Positions 49,487 to 60,365 of a stretch of 64,000 bases of DNA are shown piece after piece (the first letter of the stretch is position 1; each line of letters opens with the position of its first letter). Source of the DNA: an uncultured Verrucomicrobiota bacterium. GTDB taxonomy: Bacteria > Verrucomicrobiota > Verrucomicrobiia > Limisphaerales > AAA164-E04. The notes beneath the pieces are model-generated. The model was not told the origin of the DNA. It saw nothing but the letters and a program-made list of their open reading frames with translations, and did no database searches. The stretch spans positions 209,969 to 273,968 of the forward strand of contig CAYFGX010000002.1 in the NCBI GenBank assembly GCA_964342405.1, in the 5' to 3' direction. Both the position numbers and the translations under genes were made by a program.

Positions 49487-49636
49487 AAAAAACCGGCGAA
49501 GCGCCAGTTTCTAGTCGATAATAATAATAGACCCTACAACACAAACACTCGCCGTCTTTCGAGTGAAAGACAGAACGTGGCAGGACAGAGAATCACTAGC
49601 CGCTGAGGTTTTTGGTTGTAGAGTTATTGGAGCCAT
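49487..49636 (-). promoter_or_regulatory. Candidate Ile-responsive leader: 41-codon leader ORF ending IIIID-stop, plus an intrinsic terminator upstream of cimA
   Basis: Minus strand: ATG 49636..TAG 49513-49511 encodes MAPITLQPKTSAASDSLSCHVLSFTRKTASVCVVGSIIIID. The codons AUU AUU AUU AUC GAC UAG are followed after 3 nt by CUGGCG-CUU-CGCCGG + U6 (49507-49487). The cimA ATG lies 48 nt further on. Confidence 0.5.
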
Positions 49637-49858
49637 AGGAGGCCTTATCGGGGAGCAAGATGCCCCAACCTCAAAGAGAAATCAAGCATTGAGGTTGGGA
49701 TACTGTGAAATCTGGGAAAGGTATGCTAGCGGGCAAACCGTTCGTGAATCGCCCGAGCTGCCTGCGTCCACCAGGTCGCAACTCCCTCTTCTTTCTACCG
49801 GTTCTCAACACGGGTAGTCGTCCTTACTCGTTCCTTTGCCTCTGAAACACGAACTCGG

Positions 49859-50929
49859 TTAAGCACCGGCCGCTCGTTCTCGACGGTCTCTTACGGCTGC
49901 TGCCAAGGAATCGAGGATGGGTTCCGTTTGCTCCCAAGAAATGCAGGCATCGGTGATACTCTTGCCATAATCAGATTCTTCGGGCGTGGTGTATTTCTGT
50001 TTCCCCTCTTCGAGGTGGCTCTCCAACATCACACCAAAGATCTCCGTAGATCCATTGCTGATCTGCTTGGCCAAGTCCTCAGCAACGGCAGGTTGACGTC
50101 GATGGTCTTTCTTGCTGTTTCCGTGACTGCAGTCAACCATCACGGACGGCCAGAGTCCGGAGTCTTTTAGCTTGGCAGTCACCTCAGCAACCGATGCCTC
50201 ATCGAAATTAGGTCCTTTGTTCGAGCCACGAAGAATGAGGTGACAGCAATCATTCCCCCGAGTCTCAACGATCGCAGCCAAGCCTTGTTTGGTCACGGAC
50301 AGGAATCGATGTTTTTGGCACGAGGCACCTACAGCGTCGATCGCGATCTGAACACTCCCGTCTGTTCCGTTCTTGAATCCAACCGGCATGGATAAACCAG
50401 AGGCTAGCTCACGGTGCACTTGGCTCTCGGTAGTTCGGGCACCAATCGCGCCCCAGGCTACTAGATCACCGGTAAACTGAGGAACGATCGTATCAAGAAA
50501 CTCACTTCCCGCAGGAAGTCCCATTTCGGCGAGATCGATCAAGAGCTTACGGGCAAGCCGAAGACCATGGTTTATCTGGAAACTACCATCAATTCCCGGG
50601 TCGTTTATCAAACCTTTCCAGCCAACGGTCGTGCGGGGCTTCTCGAAATAGACCCGCATCACAATCAAGAGATCTTTGTCTAGACGCTGCTTCACCTGCA
50701 CGAGCTTCTCGCCATACTCCAAAGCCGCCTCTGGATCGTGGATCGAGCACGGCCCCACAATGACCATGATCCGATCATCTTCTCCGCGCACTATTCTTTC
50801 TGCCGCGCGGCGTCCTTCCGCCACAACATCCGAAGCTCGCTCACTTATCGGAAGCTCCTCCATCAGGATTGCCGGCGGCAACAGAGGGTGAAGAGATTGA
50901 ATTCTTAAATCGTCAGTGTCCTTTATCAT
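49859..50929 (-). CDS. aroG: 3-deoxy-7-phosphoheptulonate (DAHP) synthase, class I
   Basis: 356 aa. The blocks IVGPCSIHDPEAALEYG, RVYFEKPRTTVGWKGLINDP and DCSHGNS are canonical for class I-alpha DAHP synthases. The feedback specificity (F/Y/W) is not determinable. Confidence 0.92.
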   Translation of the reverse strand: MIKDTDDLRIQSLHPLLPPAILMEELPISERASDVVAEGRRAAERIVRGEDDRIMVIVGPCSIHDPEAALEYGEKLVQVKQRLDKDLLIVMRVYFEKPRTTVGWKGLINDPGIDGSFQINHGLRLARKLLIDLAEMGLPAGSEFLDTIVPQFTGDLVAWGAIGARTTESQVHRELASGLSMPVGFKNGTDGSVQIAIDAVGASCQKHRFLSVTKQGLAAIVETRGNDCCHLILRGSNKGPNFDEASVAEVTAKLKDSGLWPSVMVDCSHGNSKKDHRRQPAVAEDLAKQISNGSTEIFGVMLESHLEEGKQKYTTPEESDYGKSITDACISWEQTEPILDSLAAAVRDRRERAAGA

Positions 50930-51178
50930 TTCTCAGGGGCCTGGAGTATATGGATCACCTTCAAGGAGAAAAGAACGAGTTGAAAAGAACCTAAGTTTTT
51001 TGCGGAGAATGATTCGCACAGCCTGGAATACCAATTTTCTTTGCCTAGACAATTAAAATTAGTTGCATCTAAGTTGAACTGCCGAAAGCCCGCCGATCAG
51101 GAACGATCGACGGTGAGTTGAAGCTCGCTTCTCCGTCCATGCCTCCGGGCCATCGTCTGACCTCCGAGAGCGACGAGT

Positions 51179-51697
51179 CTAAGGTTCTTTGCGATCAATC
51201 TCTTGAATCAGAGCTCGAATCGCAAAATCAATATGCTCCGTGCCACTCTCTGGAGATTGAGTCGGCCGAGCCTTTTGTCTTCCGAAAAAGCGTGAGAAAC
51301 TATTCTGCTCTCCAGGCACATCGCAGACATTCCAAAATCGGAGCCTATCTTTCTGTTCAAGAATCTTCGGGATTTGCCCAAATCTTTCCCGCAACATTGG
51401 CTCGTGTTCCTCGCGGTTCAAGGCGATTAACAGATCGGCCTCTTCAAGATCCGAGACCTTGAGCTGCATCGGATTCCGGGTCGGATCGACGTGGGGCGAC
51501 AAGCCACGTTTTTCTAGGTACTCAAAAGTGAAAGGCGAAATACCCCGTAAGCCTCCACTTTCAACCATACCACGAGAGGTCGCTTCCCAAGGAAGGTCTG
51601 TTTGCTGAACGTAGAAGTTAAACAGTTCCTCGGCGAGTCGGCTCCGGTAATAGTTTCCGGTGCAAATGAAAATGACTTGGCTGTATTCTTCTTCCAT
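51179..51697 (-). CDS. Low-molecular-weight protein-tyrosine phosphatase / ArsC-like (LMWPc) family protein
   Basis: P-loop VIFICTGNYYRSRLAE (C-X5-R-S). Size 172 aa. Confidence 0.7.
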   Translation of the reverse strand: MEEEYSQVIFICTGNYYRSRLAEELFNFYVQQTDLPWEATSRGMVESGGLRGISPFTFEYLEKRGLSPHVDPTRNPMQLKVSDLEEADLLIALNREEHEPMLRERFGQIPKILEQKDRLRFWNVCDVPGEQNSFSRFFGRQKARPTQSPESGTEHIDFAIRALIQEIDRKEP

Positions 51698-52002
51698 ACT
51701 ACTTCCTACCTACAAACAAGGCTGCGACTGAGCGTTCGCCGGACCAGCGTCCTACCTTGTCGCTTATTTGCTTTTCTTTACCGTTCGGTAGAGATCTAAG
51801 CAACGAGACCTGGGCTTATCAGCCGGGTTCGATTTCCGCCAGAAAATTCTCCCGGATTCTGGATACACGTTGTTGATTCTGCGCCGAAGCACAGATTGCA
51901 CGACTCACAACTTTGTACGCCGATCTCGTTTCTGCAAATGATGAGCACATCTCTGAGATTTTTCCTTTAACTCCTTTATCTCAATGGGCCAAAACGATTT
52001 AA

Positions 52003-52980
52003 TTGGTCCGGCGTATCGTCAGTATGTGTCGTGTCAGAACTTATATCCCCTGGACCCGGTGGCTCCTGTCATCGTCTCTCTTTTGCTGCTTCGGAAATGT
52101 CCTGCTCATGCAGGCTCAAGAAACGGCCCCGAAAATTCCGACCGAGCTCTTAGAGATTGAGCAAAGCTGGCGACTTGATTCTAGAGGGAGCCGTTTCGAT
52201 GCATCCGGAATCGAACGAGGCCCCAAGGGCGAAATCCTCGTGGTCCGTGACTCTGAACTGGCTGTATATGGAGTGAGATTCCAAGAGGGATCAGATTCTG
52301 CCAAATTGATCAAGCACGCCAGGTACCTCGTTGATAAAGATCAGCTCAACGTCGGCGTCCGCCGCTTCGACATGGAAGGTTTGGCTACGGACTCAACCGG
52401 ACTCCTTTATGCCTGCGACGAGCATGCCCGAAGAATCCTTCGCTTCACAGCGAGAGGTCTCATCGATGCGATCCCGATCGATTTTAGTTCCTTCTCGAGC
52501 TATTTTAACAAGAGCGACATCAATGCGTCCTTCGAAGGAATCGCCATTGGCGACGGAACCATCTACGTCGCCAATGAGCGCAGCTACGGACGCATTATCG
52601 AGGTCGACTTGAAGACAAACACGACCAAGGGGAGCTTCACCTTCAGGACGGGTGGCACGGCATGGCCGGATACTCATTTTTCCGGTCTCGATTGGGACGA
52701 TGGAAAACTCTACGCGTTGCTCCGAGAGGAGCAGACCATTGCACAGATCGATACACAGACCAAGAAACCGAATCGTCTGATTCGCTACCACGAAGTCGAG
52801 TTCGCCAAGGAACACCGATATCAGACGCTTCTTCCCTTCTTTGGCGTGATGGAGGGACTCATGGTCGAGGGCGATACTTTCTGGCTTCTCGCAGACAACA
52901 ACGGCCAAGGCAGATACGCGAACAAAAGCGATAGCAGACCCACGCTTTTTAAATGCCGTATCAAATCGGAAGCTAGATAA
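52003..52980 (+). CDS. Secreted beta-propeller-like protein (SdiA-regulated / phytase-like family candidate)
   Basis: Hydrophobic N-terminus [21 protein letters not shown]. Repeated motifs such as [25 protein letters not shown] and [15 protein letters not shown]. The family assignment is weak and the start is uncertain (several Met codons). Confidence 0.4.
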   Translation: MVRRIVSMCRVRTYIPWTRWLLSSSLFCCFGNVLLMQAQETAPKIPTELLEIEQSWRLDSRGSRFDASGIERGPKGEILVVRDSELAVYGVRFQEGSDSAKLIKHARYLVDKDQLNVGVRRFDMEGLATDSTGLLYACDEHARRILRFTARGLIDAIPIDFSSFSSYFNKSDINASFEGIAIGDGTIYVANERSYGRIIEVDLKTNTTKGSFTFRTGGTAWPDTHFSGLDWDDGKLYALLREEQTIAQIDTQTKKPNRLIRYHEVEFAKEHRYQTLLPFFGVMEGLMVEGDTFWLLADNNGQGRYANKSDSRPTLFKCRIKSEAR

Positions 52981-53015
52981 ACTATTTATTCATAACGAGT
53001 TACAATCACACAAAT

Positions 53016-54611
53016 ATGAAGAGCACAAACTCATGGGAACGCTTCACGCGTTGGCAGATTCCGGTTCCAAACCTGGATTTCGCATTCGATTTCAGCCGAA
53101 TGCACTTCGAGCAAAGCGATCTCGATGGTCTCGCTTCAAAGCTCGATGCAGCCTTTGCTGCAATGGCGGACTTAGAGAACGGGGCAATCGCAAATCCAGA
53201 CGAGAATAGGCAAGTAGGACACTACTGGCTCCGAGCTCCGGAATTATCTCCCGACGAGGCCACACGTGGCGAGATCGAGGGGACGGTCCAAGCAATCAAG
53301 GCGTTCAGCAATTCCGTCCACGCAGGCGAGATCAAGGGAGCCGGAGGAGATTTCAAGCATCTGTTGATCATCGGAATTGGCGGCTCTGCTCTTGGGCCTC
53401 AATTTGTAGGCAAGGCCTTGTGTTCATCCCGAAGCGATCGCCTCCGCTTGTCCTTCTTCGACAACACGGATCCCGATGGTATTGAGTCCGTTCTCGAAGC
53501 CCTCGAGGGCCAACTCGACCAAACCCTGGCAGTGGTGATCTCAAAATCGGGCGGCACCAAAGAAACCCGAAATGGAATGCTCGAGGCCAGTCGCGCATTC
53601 GAGCGGGCGGGACTCAAGTTCGCAGATCATGCGGTCGCCGTGACCGGTGTAGGCAGCAAGCTCGATCAAGTGGCGGCAGAACAGGGCTGGCTGAAACGAT
53701 TTCCGATGTGGGATTGGGTCGGCGGCCGAACGAGTGAAATGTCAGCGGTGGGTTTGCTTCCAGCCGCCCTCCAAGGAATTGATATTGACGCCTTCCTTGA
53801 CGGAGCGAAGCAAATGGATGCAGCTACTCGGATTCAGGACATTGAAAAGAATCCGGCTGCCATGATGGCTGCCCTCTGGTATCTCAGCGGAAAAGGCAAG
53901 GGAGAGAAGAACATGGTGATTGTACCCTACAAAGATCGCCTGGAATTGTTCTCGAAATACCTTCAGCAGCTCGTCATGGAGTCTCTCGGAAAAGATCTCG
54001 ATCTCGAGGGCAAGACCGTCAACCAGGGCATCAGTGTCTTCGGGAACAAGGGATCCACGGATCAACACGCCTATATTCAACAACTCCGTGATGGCAGAAA
54101 TGATTTCTTCGCCACCTTCATCGAAGTCCTGAAAGATCGCAGTGGCGAAGACTTGATGGTTGAGAGCGACGTTACAACCGGCGATTTTCTTTTTGGCTTT
54201 CTCGTCGGAACGCAAGAGGCTCTAACCGGGTCCGGACGCGAATCCATGTCGATCTCCGTTCCCCAAGTCGATGCCCGAAGCGTCGGGGCTTTGATTGCCG
54301 TCTTTGAGAGAGCGGTTGGATTCTACGCCTTGATTATTGGCATCAATGCCTACCACCAACCCGGTGTGGAAGCAGGCAAAAAGGCCGCAGGAGAAGTCAT
54401 CGAGCTTCAAAGCCGGATCCTAGCCTGCCTGAAGCGAGCAGCACCAAACGGTCTGACTGTGCAAGAAATCGTCTCCGATCTGGACAACTCGGATGCTCCT
54501 GAGATCGTCTTTCGGATATGTCAGCACCTTGCTTCAAATCGCGGGGATATACAGTCAGAACCCAACGCCACGAATCCTCAATCCGCCCGTTTCTCCGCAC
54601 TCTCTTCGTAA
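53016..54611 (+). CDS. pgi: Glucose-6-phosphate isomerase
   Basis: [69 protein letters not shown]. Confidence 0.92.
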   Translation: MKSTNSWERFTRWQIPVPNLDFAFDFSRMHFEQSDLDGLASKLDAAFAAMADLENGAIANPDENRQVGHYWLRAPELSPDEATRGEIEGTVQAIKAFSNSVHAGEIKGAGGDFKHLLIIGIGGSALGPQFVGKALCSSRSDRLRLSFFDNTDPDGIESVLEALEGQLDQTLAVVISKSGGTKETRNGMLEASRAFERAGLKFADHAVAVTGVGSKLDQVAAEQGWLKRFPMWDWVGGRTSEMSAVGLLPAALQGIDIDAFLDGAKQMDAATRIQDIEKNPAAMMAALWYLSGKGKGEKNMVIVPYKDRLELFSKYLQQLVMESLGKDLDLEGKTVNQGISVFGNKGSTDQHAYIQQLRDGRNDFFATFIEVLKDRSGEDLMVESDVTTGDFLFGFLVGTQEALTGSGRESMSISVPQVDARSVGALIAVFERAVGFYALIIGINAYHQPGVEAGKKAAGEVIELQSRILACLKRAAPNGLTVQEIVSDLDNSDAPEIVFRICQHLASNRGDIQSEPNATNPQSARFSALSS

Positions 54612-54620
54612 TCTGCCCCG

Positions 54621-56525
54621 ATGTTCACTTATCCTAGATCCTTTGATGTCATCGTTGTTGGTGCCGGTCATGCCGGTGTAGAGGCTGCGCTCGCAGCTGC
54701 TCGCATGGGAATGAATACCCTCATGCTTGCAATCAACATCGATACCGTGGGCCAAATGTCGTGCAATCCTGCCATCGGCGGCCTTGCAAAAGGGCATCTC
54801 GCAAGAGAAATCGACGCCATGGGTGGGGAGATGGGAATCAACACGGACCTATCCGGACTCCAGTTCAGAATGTTGAACACCAGCAAGGGGCCCTCGGTTT
54901 GGGCACCGAGGGCTCAGTGTGATAAGAAGGCCTATCAGTTTCGACTGAAGTGGATTTGCGAGCGCCAAGAGAATCTGACCATGATCCAGGGTCAAGCTGG
55001 CCGCATCCTTTTCGAGGATAAACGAGCAACTGGAATCGAGACAAACCTTGGCGTCCGCTACCTCGGTAAGACCGTTGTCATCACCACCGGGACCTTTCTT
55101 CGGGGACTGATGCATATTGGGGCGGCACAGGCAAAGGGAGGTCGCGCTGGTGAATCGGCAGCAATGGGACTCTCGGATTCACTCGCAGAAGTCGGTCTCG
55201 AATTGGGCCGACTGAAGACCGGGACTCCACCGCGACTCCTCCGTAGATCGATTGATTTTACTGAACTCGAAGAACAACCGGGCGATGAGCCCGTGCCCTA
55301 TTTTAGCTACTGGGCAGACGAATTGTTCCACGTGGAACATGAGTCCGATGCTGATTCAGGGCAGAAACGCTACCCAAACGGTTCGATTCTCGAAGAAATC
55401 GGCGGACAGCTGCCCTGCCACATCACATCGACCACTACGAGGACCAAAGAGTTAATCGAGGCCAATCTTCACAAGTCACCCATGTATTCCGGTGAGATCG
55501 AAGGAACGGGACCACGCTATTGTCCTTCCATCGAGGACAAGATTGTCCGTTTCAACGACAAAAAAACACACCAAATATTCCTGGAACCTGAGGGAACAAA
55601 AACGGATGAGTTCTACGTCAACGGATTCTCAACGTGTCTTCCTTACGAACTGCAGATCGATTTGGTGCGCTCGATCAAGGGATGCGAGGAGGCGGAGATT
55701 CTCCGACCCGCCTACGCAGTGGAGTACGATTTCGTTCACCCCACACAACTCAGCCCATCCTTAGAGACCCAAGCCTGCGAGAACCTTTTCTTAGCCGGAC
55801 AGATCAACGGTACGTCCGGATACGAAGAAGCCGGTGCTCAAGGATTGATTGCAGGGATCAACGCCGGCCTCAAAGTTCAGGAGAAAGCACCCCTCATATT
55901 AAAACGAAACGAAGCTTACATCGGCGTCCTCATAGACGATCTCGTGACAAAGGGAACATCAGAACCGTATCGTATGTTTACATCGCGGGCTGAATACCGT
56001 CTCTTGCTTCGCCAAGATAATGCTGACCTCCGTCTTTGCGATCACGCCCATGCTGTCGGCTTGCTCTCAGGCACACGGTTCGAACGATTCGAATCCAAGC
56101 GTCGAGCGATTCAGGGCGAAATCGATCGACTCGGAAAAACACGAGATGGAACCGTCAGCATGACCCAACTTCTCAAACGGCCTGACGTTCACTACTCAGA
56201 CTTGCCATCCAAAGACGAATCTCTGTCCTCGGAAGTCATCCAACAAGTCGAGATCTCAATCAAATATGAGGGCTACATTTCTCGCCAACAACAGGAGGTT
56301 GAGAAATTCCAAAAGCTGGAATCGAAACAGATTCCCGATTGGATCGACTACTCGACGATCTCCAGCCTAAGAAACGAGGCTCGGCAGAAACTGAAGGACA
56401 TTCAGCCGAAGACGATCGGGCAAGCTGCTCGGATTTCAGGCATCTCTCCGTCAGATGTCAGCCTCCTCATGGTGCACCTGAAAAGAGGTCCACAGGAGAT
56501 AGATCAGCAAGATTGCTGCTCGTAA
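54621..56525 (+). CDS. mnmG: tRNA uridine-5-carboxymethylaminomethyl(34) synthesis enzyme MnmG (GidA)
   Basis: [26 protein letters not shown]-binding site, [41 protein letters not shown]. Confidence 0.97.
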   Translation: MFTYPRSFDVIVVGAGHAGVEAALAAARMGMNTLMLAINIDTVGQMSCNPAIGGLAKGHLAREIDAMGGEMGINTDLSGLQFRMLNTSKGPSVWAPRAQCDKKAYQFRLKWICERQENLTMIQGQAGRILFEDKRATGIETNLGVRYLGKTVVITTGTFLRGLMHIGAAQAKGGRAGESAAMGLSDSLAEVGLELGRLKTGTPPRLLRRSIDFTELEEQPGDEPVPYFSYWADELFHVEHESDADSGQKRYPNGSILEEIGGQLPCHITSTTTRTKELIEANLHKSPMYSGEIEGTGPRYCPSIEDKIVRFNDKKTHQIFLEPEGTKTDEFYVNGFSTCLPYELQIDLVRSIKGCEEAEILRPAYAVEYDFVHPTQLSPSLETQACENLFLAGQINGTSGYEEAGAQGLIAGINAGLKVQEKAPLILKRNEAYIGVLIDDLVTKGTSEPYRMFTSRAEYRLLLRQDNADLRLCDHAHAVGLLSGTRFERFESKRRAIQGEIDRLGKTRDGTVSMTQLLKRPDVHYSDLPSKDESLSSEVIQQVEISIKYEGYISRQQQEVEKFQKLESKQIPDWIDYSTISSLRNEARQKLKDIQPKTIGQAARISGISPSDVSLLMVHLKRGPQEIDQQDCCS

Positions 56526-56548
56526 TCCGTCCTTGGGACGGTGCCCAG

Positions 56549-56564
56549 TGTTCCACGTGGAACA
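56549..56564. repeat. 16-bp perfect palindrome TGTTCCACGTGGAACA between mnmG and corA
   Basis: Self-complementary 16-mer at 56549-56564, preceded by the hairpin CCGTCC-TTG-GGACGG at 56527-56541. Confidence 0.9.
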
Positions 56565-56642
56565 TTCTGTCTCAATGAAAGATCGACGTTTCGCCGTCAG
56601 ATTGGCTTAAATGCCATCTGAACGCGGGAGAACGCACCAAAA

Positions 56643-57641
56643 ATGATTCGCTCATACACATTCTCAACTCAGGGCCGGTTGAATAGCCAGAATATTGAGC
56701 CATTTTTGATGCCAACCATTCTGGCCGATACTCAGCTCTTTCTCTGGGTCGATCTGCAGGACCCAAGTCCAGAGGAGGTTCGAATGGTGCTCCAGGATGT
56801 GTTCAAGTTTCATCCTCTATCGATCGAGGATTGCATCAATGAAAGCTCCACTCCGAAGGTCGAAGAGTATCTCCCCAAGGATGAGGATCTCTTCTCGCCC
56901 TATTTGTTCCTGGTGATTCACGCCGTCGACTACTCGCGGAAGGATGGAGTCTTTGCGACGAGCGAGCTCAACTTTTTCTTGGGTCGGAAGTTTCTGGTCA
57001 CGTTTCACGACAAAGCGCTCCGAAGCATCGAGCAGGCGTTCGAGATCTGCGGGCGAAAGAAGTCCAACGTAGCAAGAGCTCCTGACCGTGTAGCTCATCT
57101 ATTATTGGATGCTCTCGTTGACAACTACAGACCGGCGCTCGAAGAGCTTGCTCTCGAAATATCAGAAATCGAGGAGCAGGTTCTGGATGGCACCCCAAAG
57201 GAGTGCCTGAACAAGATCATCCAGGTTAAGAAGGAGGTCTTCCATCTACGGCAAATCATGGAACCGCAGCGACAAGTCCTCTCACGCTTGGCTCGGGGTG
57301 AGTTCCAACTGATTCGAGCGAAGATGGTGCCTTACTATCGAGACGTCTACGACGGTCTGTTTCAGATCTACGAGAGAGCGCAGACTTATACCGATTCCGT
57401 CACAGGCATCCTCCAAGTCTACCTTAATCTGTCATCAAACCAAACAGGGGAGGTCGTCAAGCTGCTCACCATGATCACCCTAATTACAACCCCGATGATG
57501 ATGGTTGGCAGTTGGTATGGCATGAACTTCAACCACATGCCGGAGCTCACTTCTAAGTGGGGGTATCTCATCGTAACGATTCTCACCGCAGCCTCCACCG
57601 GGACAACCTACTGGTATTTCAAACGGAAGAAGTGGCTCTGA
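56643..57641 (+). CDS. corA: Magnesium/cobalt transporter CorA
   Basis: Cytoplasmic N-domain followed by two C-terminal TM helices with the YGMNF signature (GSWYGMNFNHMPEL). Confidence 0.9.
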   Translation: MIRSYTFSTQGRLNSQNIEPFLMPTILADTQLFLWVDLQDPSPEEVRMVLQDVFKFHPLSIEDCINESSTPKVEEYLPKDEDLFSPYLFLVIHAVDYSRKDGVFATSELNFFLGRKFLVTFHDKALRSIEQAFEICGRKKSNVARAPDRVAHLLLDALVDNYRPALEELALEISEIEEQVLDGTPKECLNKIIQVKKEVFHLRQIMEPQRQVLSRLARGEFQLIRAKMVPYYRDVYDGLFQIYERAQTYTDSVTGILQVYLNLSSNQTGEVVKLLTMITLITTPMMMVGSWYGMNFNHMPELTSKWGYLIVTILTAASTGTTYWYFKRKKWL

Positions 57642-57684
57642 GATTCAGTCGTAGCGATCGCAGAAAACAATCAGGTAAGCTGAC

Positions 57685-58986
57685 GTGCCCAAATCGAATT
57701 CAAGTTTTCTAGAAAAAGCTCTCGGTAGAATCGATCGCCTCGACACCGAAAGCATTCACGCCGTCGTCGGACGCCTCGCCCAGGAGCATCAGTTCCTCGA
57801 AACCCTTTTCGATACGATTCACGACGGCGTCATCGTGGTCGAGGAGTCCGGAAAGATTCTCTATTTCAATCGGGCGGCCACACAGCTTCTAGGTCTTCCC
57901 GAGGAGGGCTCTACCAATGAACCGATCACTCGATTCATCCCGTGCCTCGACTGGGAAACCATCGTGGAAGTAGACCAGAGCGGGTCCACCGAAGCCCACT
58001 CCTTCGAGATCGAAGTCTCATATCCCCAAGACAGATTTCTCGAAGTTGTCGCTGCTCCACTCGATGGAAAATCTCAGGGAAGCGCGGGCGTGATGCTGAT
58101 TTTCCATGACGCCACGGAATCCAGAAAAGAGACCTTCGAAGCAATCGAAAGCGAGCGGGTGCAAGCCCTCACACTCCTCGCCGCAAGCGTGGCTCACGAG
58201 ATCGGAAACCCCCTTCATGCCCTCCATATCCACCTCCAACTCTTCGAACGCCAACTGAATAAACTCGCCCCTTCCGATCAACTCGATGACACACTCATCG
58301 AAGCTGATGCACCCCCTTCGGAGACCTCTCTACTGGGGCCAGATGCTAAGGAAGCGATCCAGAAACTCCGCCACTATCTGCAGGTTTCCAAAGGAGAGAT
58401 TTCTCGCTTGGACTACATCGTGAAACAATTCCTGGCAGCCATTCGCCCCGTCAAGCCAGTGTTGAAGCTAAGCGACGTGAATATGGTGGTGCAAGAAACG
58501 CTGGACCTCCTGCAACCGGAGCTAGAGAATCGTGGCCTCGAAGTGATCGACCAGCGCTGGGACCGACCAGCGAGGGCACTGATTGACTCAGGTCAGATTA
58601 AACAAGTATTAGTCAATCTAATTAAAAACGCCATGCAAGCAATGACCCGAGGCGGCACACTGACGGTTCGCACCATCGACGAGGACGGAGGCGTCTCGCT
58701 TGTCGTTGAGGATACAGGCGTCGGGATCTCGAAGGAGAAGATCAGTCGAATCTTTGAACCCTACTTCACGACCAAGAAAAAAGGAACGGGCCTCGGGCTC
58801 ATGATCGTCCATCGAATCGTGGACCAACACGAGGGACGCATCCATGTTCAAGCAGGTGAAAAAGCAGGCACCACCTTCACCATTTGGTTGCCTCGGGAAT
58901 CCAAAGGGCCCAAACTGCTGGCAACATCAGTCTCCAAACAGAAGCCCGCCCAGTCTGCTTCAACCGGTCCTCGCTCCAAACAATAA
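57685..58986 (+). CDS. Cytoplasmic PAS-domain sensor histidine kinase (NtrB/AtoS-like)
   Basis: PAS-like TLFDTIHDGVIVVEESGKILYFNRAA. H-box AASVAHEIGNPL. N box NLIKNAMQAM. G boxes DTGVGI and GTGLGLMIV. GTG start. Confidence 0.8.
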   Translation: MPKSNSSFLEKALGRIDRLDTESIHAVVGRLAQEHQFLETLFDTIHDGVIVVEESGKILYFNRAATQLLGLPEEGSTNEPITRFIPCLDWETIVEVDQSGSTEAHSFEIEVSYPQDRFLEVVAAPLDGKSQGSAGVMLIFHDATESRKETFEAIESERVQALTLLAASVAHEIGNPLHALHIHLQLFERQLNKLAPSDQLDDTLIEADAPPSETSLLGPDAKEAIQKLRHYLQVSKGEISRLDYIVKQFLAAIRPVKPVLKLSDVNMVVQETLDLLQPELENRGLEVIDQRWDRPARALIDSGQIKQVLVNLIKNAMQAMTRGGTLTVRTIDEDGGVSLVVEDTGVGISKEKISRIFEPYFTTKKKGTGLGLMIVHRIVDQHEGRIHVQAGEKAGTTFTIWLPRESKGPKLLATSVSKQKPAQSASTGPRSKQ

Positions 58987-58987
58987 C

Positions 58988-60358
<1,371 letters not shown>

Positions 60359-60365
60359 AGAGCGA

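Noticed and set aside
49511-49531. The (ATT)n tract also reads as LLLL (CUA UUA UUA UUA) and YYYY (UAU x4) in the other two minus-strand frames. The YYYY frame could suggest a Tyr leader related to the neighbouring DAHP synthase.
   Set aside because: The Leu frame has a UAG stop two codons upstream and no start codon. The Tyr frame has no ATG or GTG, only weak TTG or CTG candidates. It reads through the terminator into cimA, and it lies downstream of aroG rather than upstream. Only the Ile frame has an ATG with an upstream AAGG and a stop just before the hairpin.
50930-51178. Looked for an aromatic-amino-acid leader peptide or attenuator upstream of the DAHP synthase gene. Found only the mini-ORFs MARRHGRRSELQLTVDRS and MQLILIV in an AT-rich stretch.
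   Set aside because: There are no Phe, Tyr or Trp codon runs and no terminator-like hairpin with a U-tract before the aroG start. The AT-rich segment (TTGTCT...TATTCC) is more simply a promoter region.
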